Shown one piece after another: positions 62,324-64,000 of a DNA stretch of 64,000 nt; position 1 is the stretch's first letter, and the number at the start of each line of letters is the position of its first letter. The position numbers were made by a program, and so were the translations under genes. The stretch comes from an uncultured Gammaproteobacteria bacterium (GTDB lineage Bacteria > Pseudomonadota > Gammaproteobacteria > GCA-001735895). Under the pieces are notes generated by a model. It was not told where the DNA came from and ran no database searches. It saw only the letters and a list, made by a program, of their open reading frames with translations. Location: assembly GCA_963768295.1 (NCBI GenBank), contig CAVYHN010000009.1, forward strand, positions 262,548 through 326,547. Reading direction: 5' to 3'.

Positions 62324-64000
62324 ATGCAATTACCCGAAGAATACCAAAGACTTGATGCACAGGAACAAAGTGTATTGTTAGATAGCTTGCAGCGACAGAC
62401 AGTACCAATCTGGTGAATGTATTTTCAAGGCAGGTGATGCCGGGGACTATGCCCTGTTTATCGAATCCGGGGATGTTCGGCTGGAATTTGAAGAGCACGA
62501 ACTCGATTGCGAATTAGTTGTTGCAACGATGTGTGCGGGTGACATTGTTGGTGAACTTTCTTTGCTGGATGAAGAAGTTCGATCACTTTCTGCATACGCT
62601 GAAAACGATGTGGAGGTACGCTTACTGAGTCGCCAGGTACTGGATCAGCTAAAGCAGACTAATCCGAAGTTTGCTGCCTCCATGTTCCAGGCACTCGGCA
62701 TGAGTGCCTCTGTAAAGTTACGTAAGGCCAACGATAAAGTAGAAGAGTCGTTGCTGATGCAGCATGGCCATTTAAGTCAGGTCGATGACAAAGTCACCAG
62801 GGCGAGTGACGCGCAAGCAGCTTTCATCGGATGGAGTGAGGCACAAATTGACGAACTTTTATTTCGTATGTGCCAGGTCATTCTGGAAAACAGCCTGACA
62901 CTGGCAGAGCAGGCGGTTAAGGAAACCCGGCTTGGAAACGCAAAAGACAAACAACAAAAGCATGCCAGCGCATGCCTCGGTGTATACGGCGATATCGTTG
63001 CAAAAAAAGGATCGGGTGTTGCTAAAAAACATTTTCATAACGGGGTTACGGAAATCTATGATGCGATGGGCGTCATATTCGGATTGATACCGATGACAAA
63101 CCCGGTATCCACGACAGTTTTCAAGGCGCTTATTTCGGTCAAATCACGTAACAGTATCATTCTCAGTCCGAATCGAATGGGTAGTGTCGTCGTTATGAAA
63201 GTAGTCGATATGCTTCGAGCGGTACTCGCGGAGCACGGAGCACCGGCTGATCTCATTCAGGTCGTTGAAGAGCGACAAAGTCGTCAAATGACGTCAGCAT
63301 TTATGCGTCATTCGGGCGTCGCTTTAGTGCTGGCAACGGGCGGCGCTTCGATGGTCAAAGCGGCTTATAGCTCCGGCACACCGACCATTGGCGTCGGGCC
63401 GGGCAATACGCCCTGTATGATCGCTCATGATGCAAATCTCAAGCATGCAGCAACGTCCATCATTCGCAGTAAAGCTTTCGACAACGGTATTATTTGTGGA
63501 TCAGAACACAATCTGGTTGTTCCAGAATCGATTCATTCTTCACTGTGTGAAAATTTACAAAGCTGCGGGGCAGCGGTTTTGAATGCGGATGAAACGGAAC
63601 TGTTCACCCAGAAAGCATTCACGCCAAAGGGGCATCTGAACCGACGCATAATCGGTCAGGATGCTGTCAAGATTGCCGAATTCATCGGTATAAAACGAGA
63701 CTACCCGATCAAGTTGATTGTCGTGCCCGCAGAAGGCGTTCACGGCAACAATCCATTGGCAAAAGAAAAATCAGCACCGATCGTCAGTTTGTTTACTGTT
63801 TTGGATGATCAAGCAGGCAATCAAACTGTGCGCCGCTATTCTGGAAATAGACGGCGCTGGTCATACTGCGGTTATCCATACGCGCGATCGAAAACTTGCG
63901 CGACAATTTGCCAATACGATCAAAGCGAGCCGGATTCTGGTGAATAGTCCTGGACTACAGGGTATTACCGGTGGTTGCACCGGTTTGATACCGTCTTTCA
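62324..64000 (+). CDS. fusion protein: cyclic-nucleotide-binding (CAP-type) domain plus AdhE-type acetylating aldehyde dehydrogenase domain; two apparent frameshifts; continues beyond window
   Basis: AGGAG-8nt-ATG at 62324. Frame A: MQLPEEYQRLDAQEQSVLLDSLQRQ…stop. Frame B (ORF 62529..63947 and its upstream extension): …YQSGECIFKAGDAGDYALFIESGDVRLEFE…GELSLL…RSLSAYAENDVEVRLLSRQVLDQL… is the cNMP-binding fold. Then …GVIFGLIPMTNPVSTTVFKALISVKSRNSIILSP…ATGGASMVKAAYSSGTPTIGVGPGNTP…FDNGIICGSEHNLVV… is the AdhE ALDH domain. The last 170 nt continue in frame C (…ILEIDGAGHTAVIHTRDRKLARQFANTIKASRILVNSPGLQG…). Confidence 0.7.

Noticed and set aside
62145-62498. 117-aa minus-strand ORF between the SDR-FAD gene and the cNMP-AdhE gene
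   Set aside because: Antisense to the N-terminal cNMP-binding coding region and its RBS. Hydrophobic, low-complexity translation.

Overview
Gammaproteobacterial chromosome segment of about 55% GC dominated by a polar-flagellum regulon. From roughly 6.5 kb to 41.5 kb, all on the minus strand, a nearly uninterrupted flagellar cluster reads (high to low coordinate) flgG-H-I-J-K-L, fliC, flaG, fliD, fliS, fliT-like, fleQ, fleS, fleR, fliE-F-G-H-I-J-K-L-M-N-O-P-Q-R, flhB, flhA, flhF, flhG(fleN), fliA, cheY. Sigma-54 (TGGCAC-N5-TTGCW) promoters are readable upstream of flgG, fliE, fliK and fliL, and a sigma-28 promoter upstream of fliC. Upstream at 1-6.4 kb lie a partial GGDEF cyclase, a second FliK-like protein paired with a FlhB-C-terminal-like (FlhX/YlqH-like) protein behind a sigma-28-like promoter, a class-3 lipase, a CBS protein and small ORFs. 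Downstream of the flagellar block is a housekeeping operon queA-tgt-yajC-secD-secF (secD with an apparent frameshift) and tRNA-Leu(CAA). Immediately after the tRNA is the most unusual structure: a ~7.2 kb imperfect palindrome (48.6-55.85 kb). Two diverged copies of a module [low-GC gene X with C-terminal FG-GAP-like repeat - LuxR-family response regulator - 7TM-receptor-type sensor histidine kinase] are arranged head to head around an AT-rich centre at about 52.24 kb; both copies of X are disrupted. This is followed by a gene-poor stretch with a tRNA-3'-end-like remnant. The last 7 kb carry a TAT-signal FecR-like protein, an outer-membrane beta-barrel protein, an HDOD protein, an SDR::FAD-linked-oxidase fusion and a cNMP-binding::AdhE-type aldehyde dehydrogenase fusion that has two apparent frameshifts and runs off the window. 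No CRISPR, integrase or transposase was seen.
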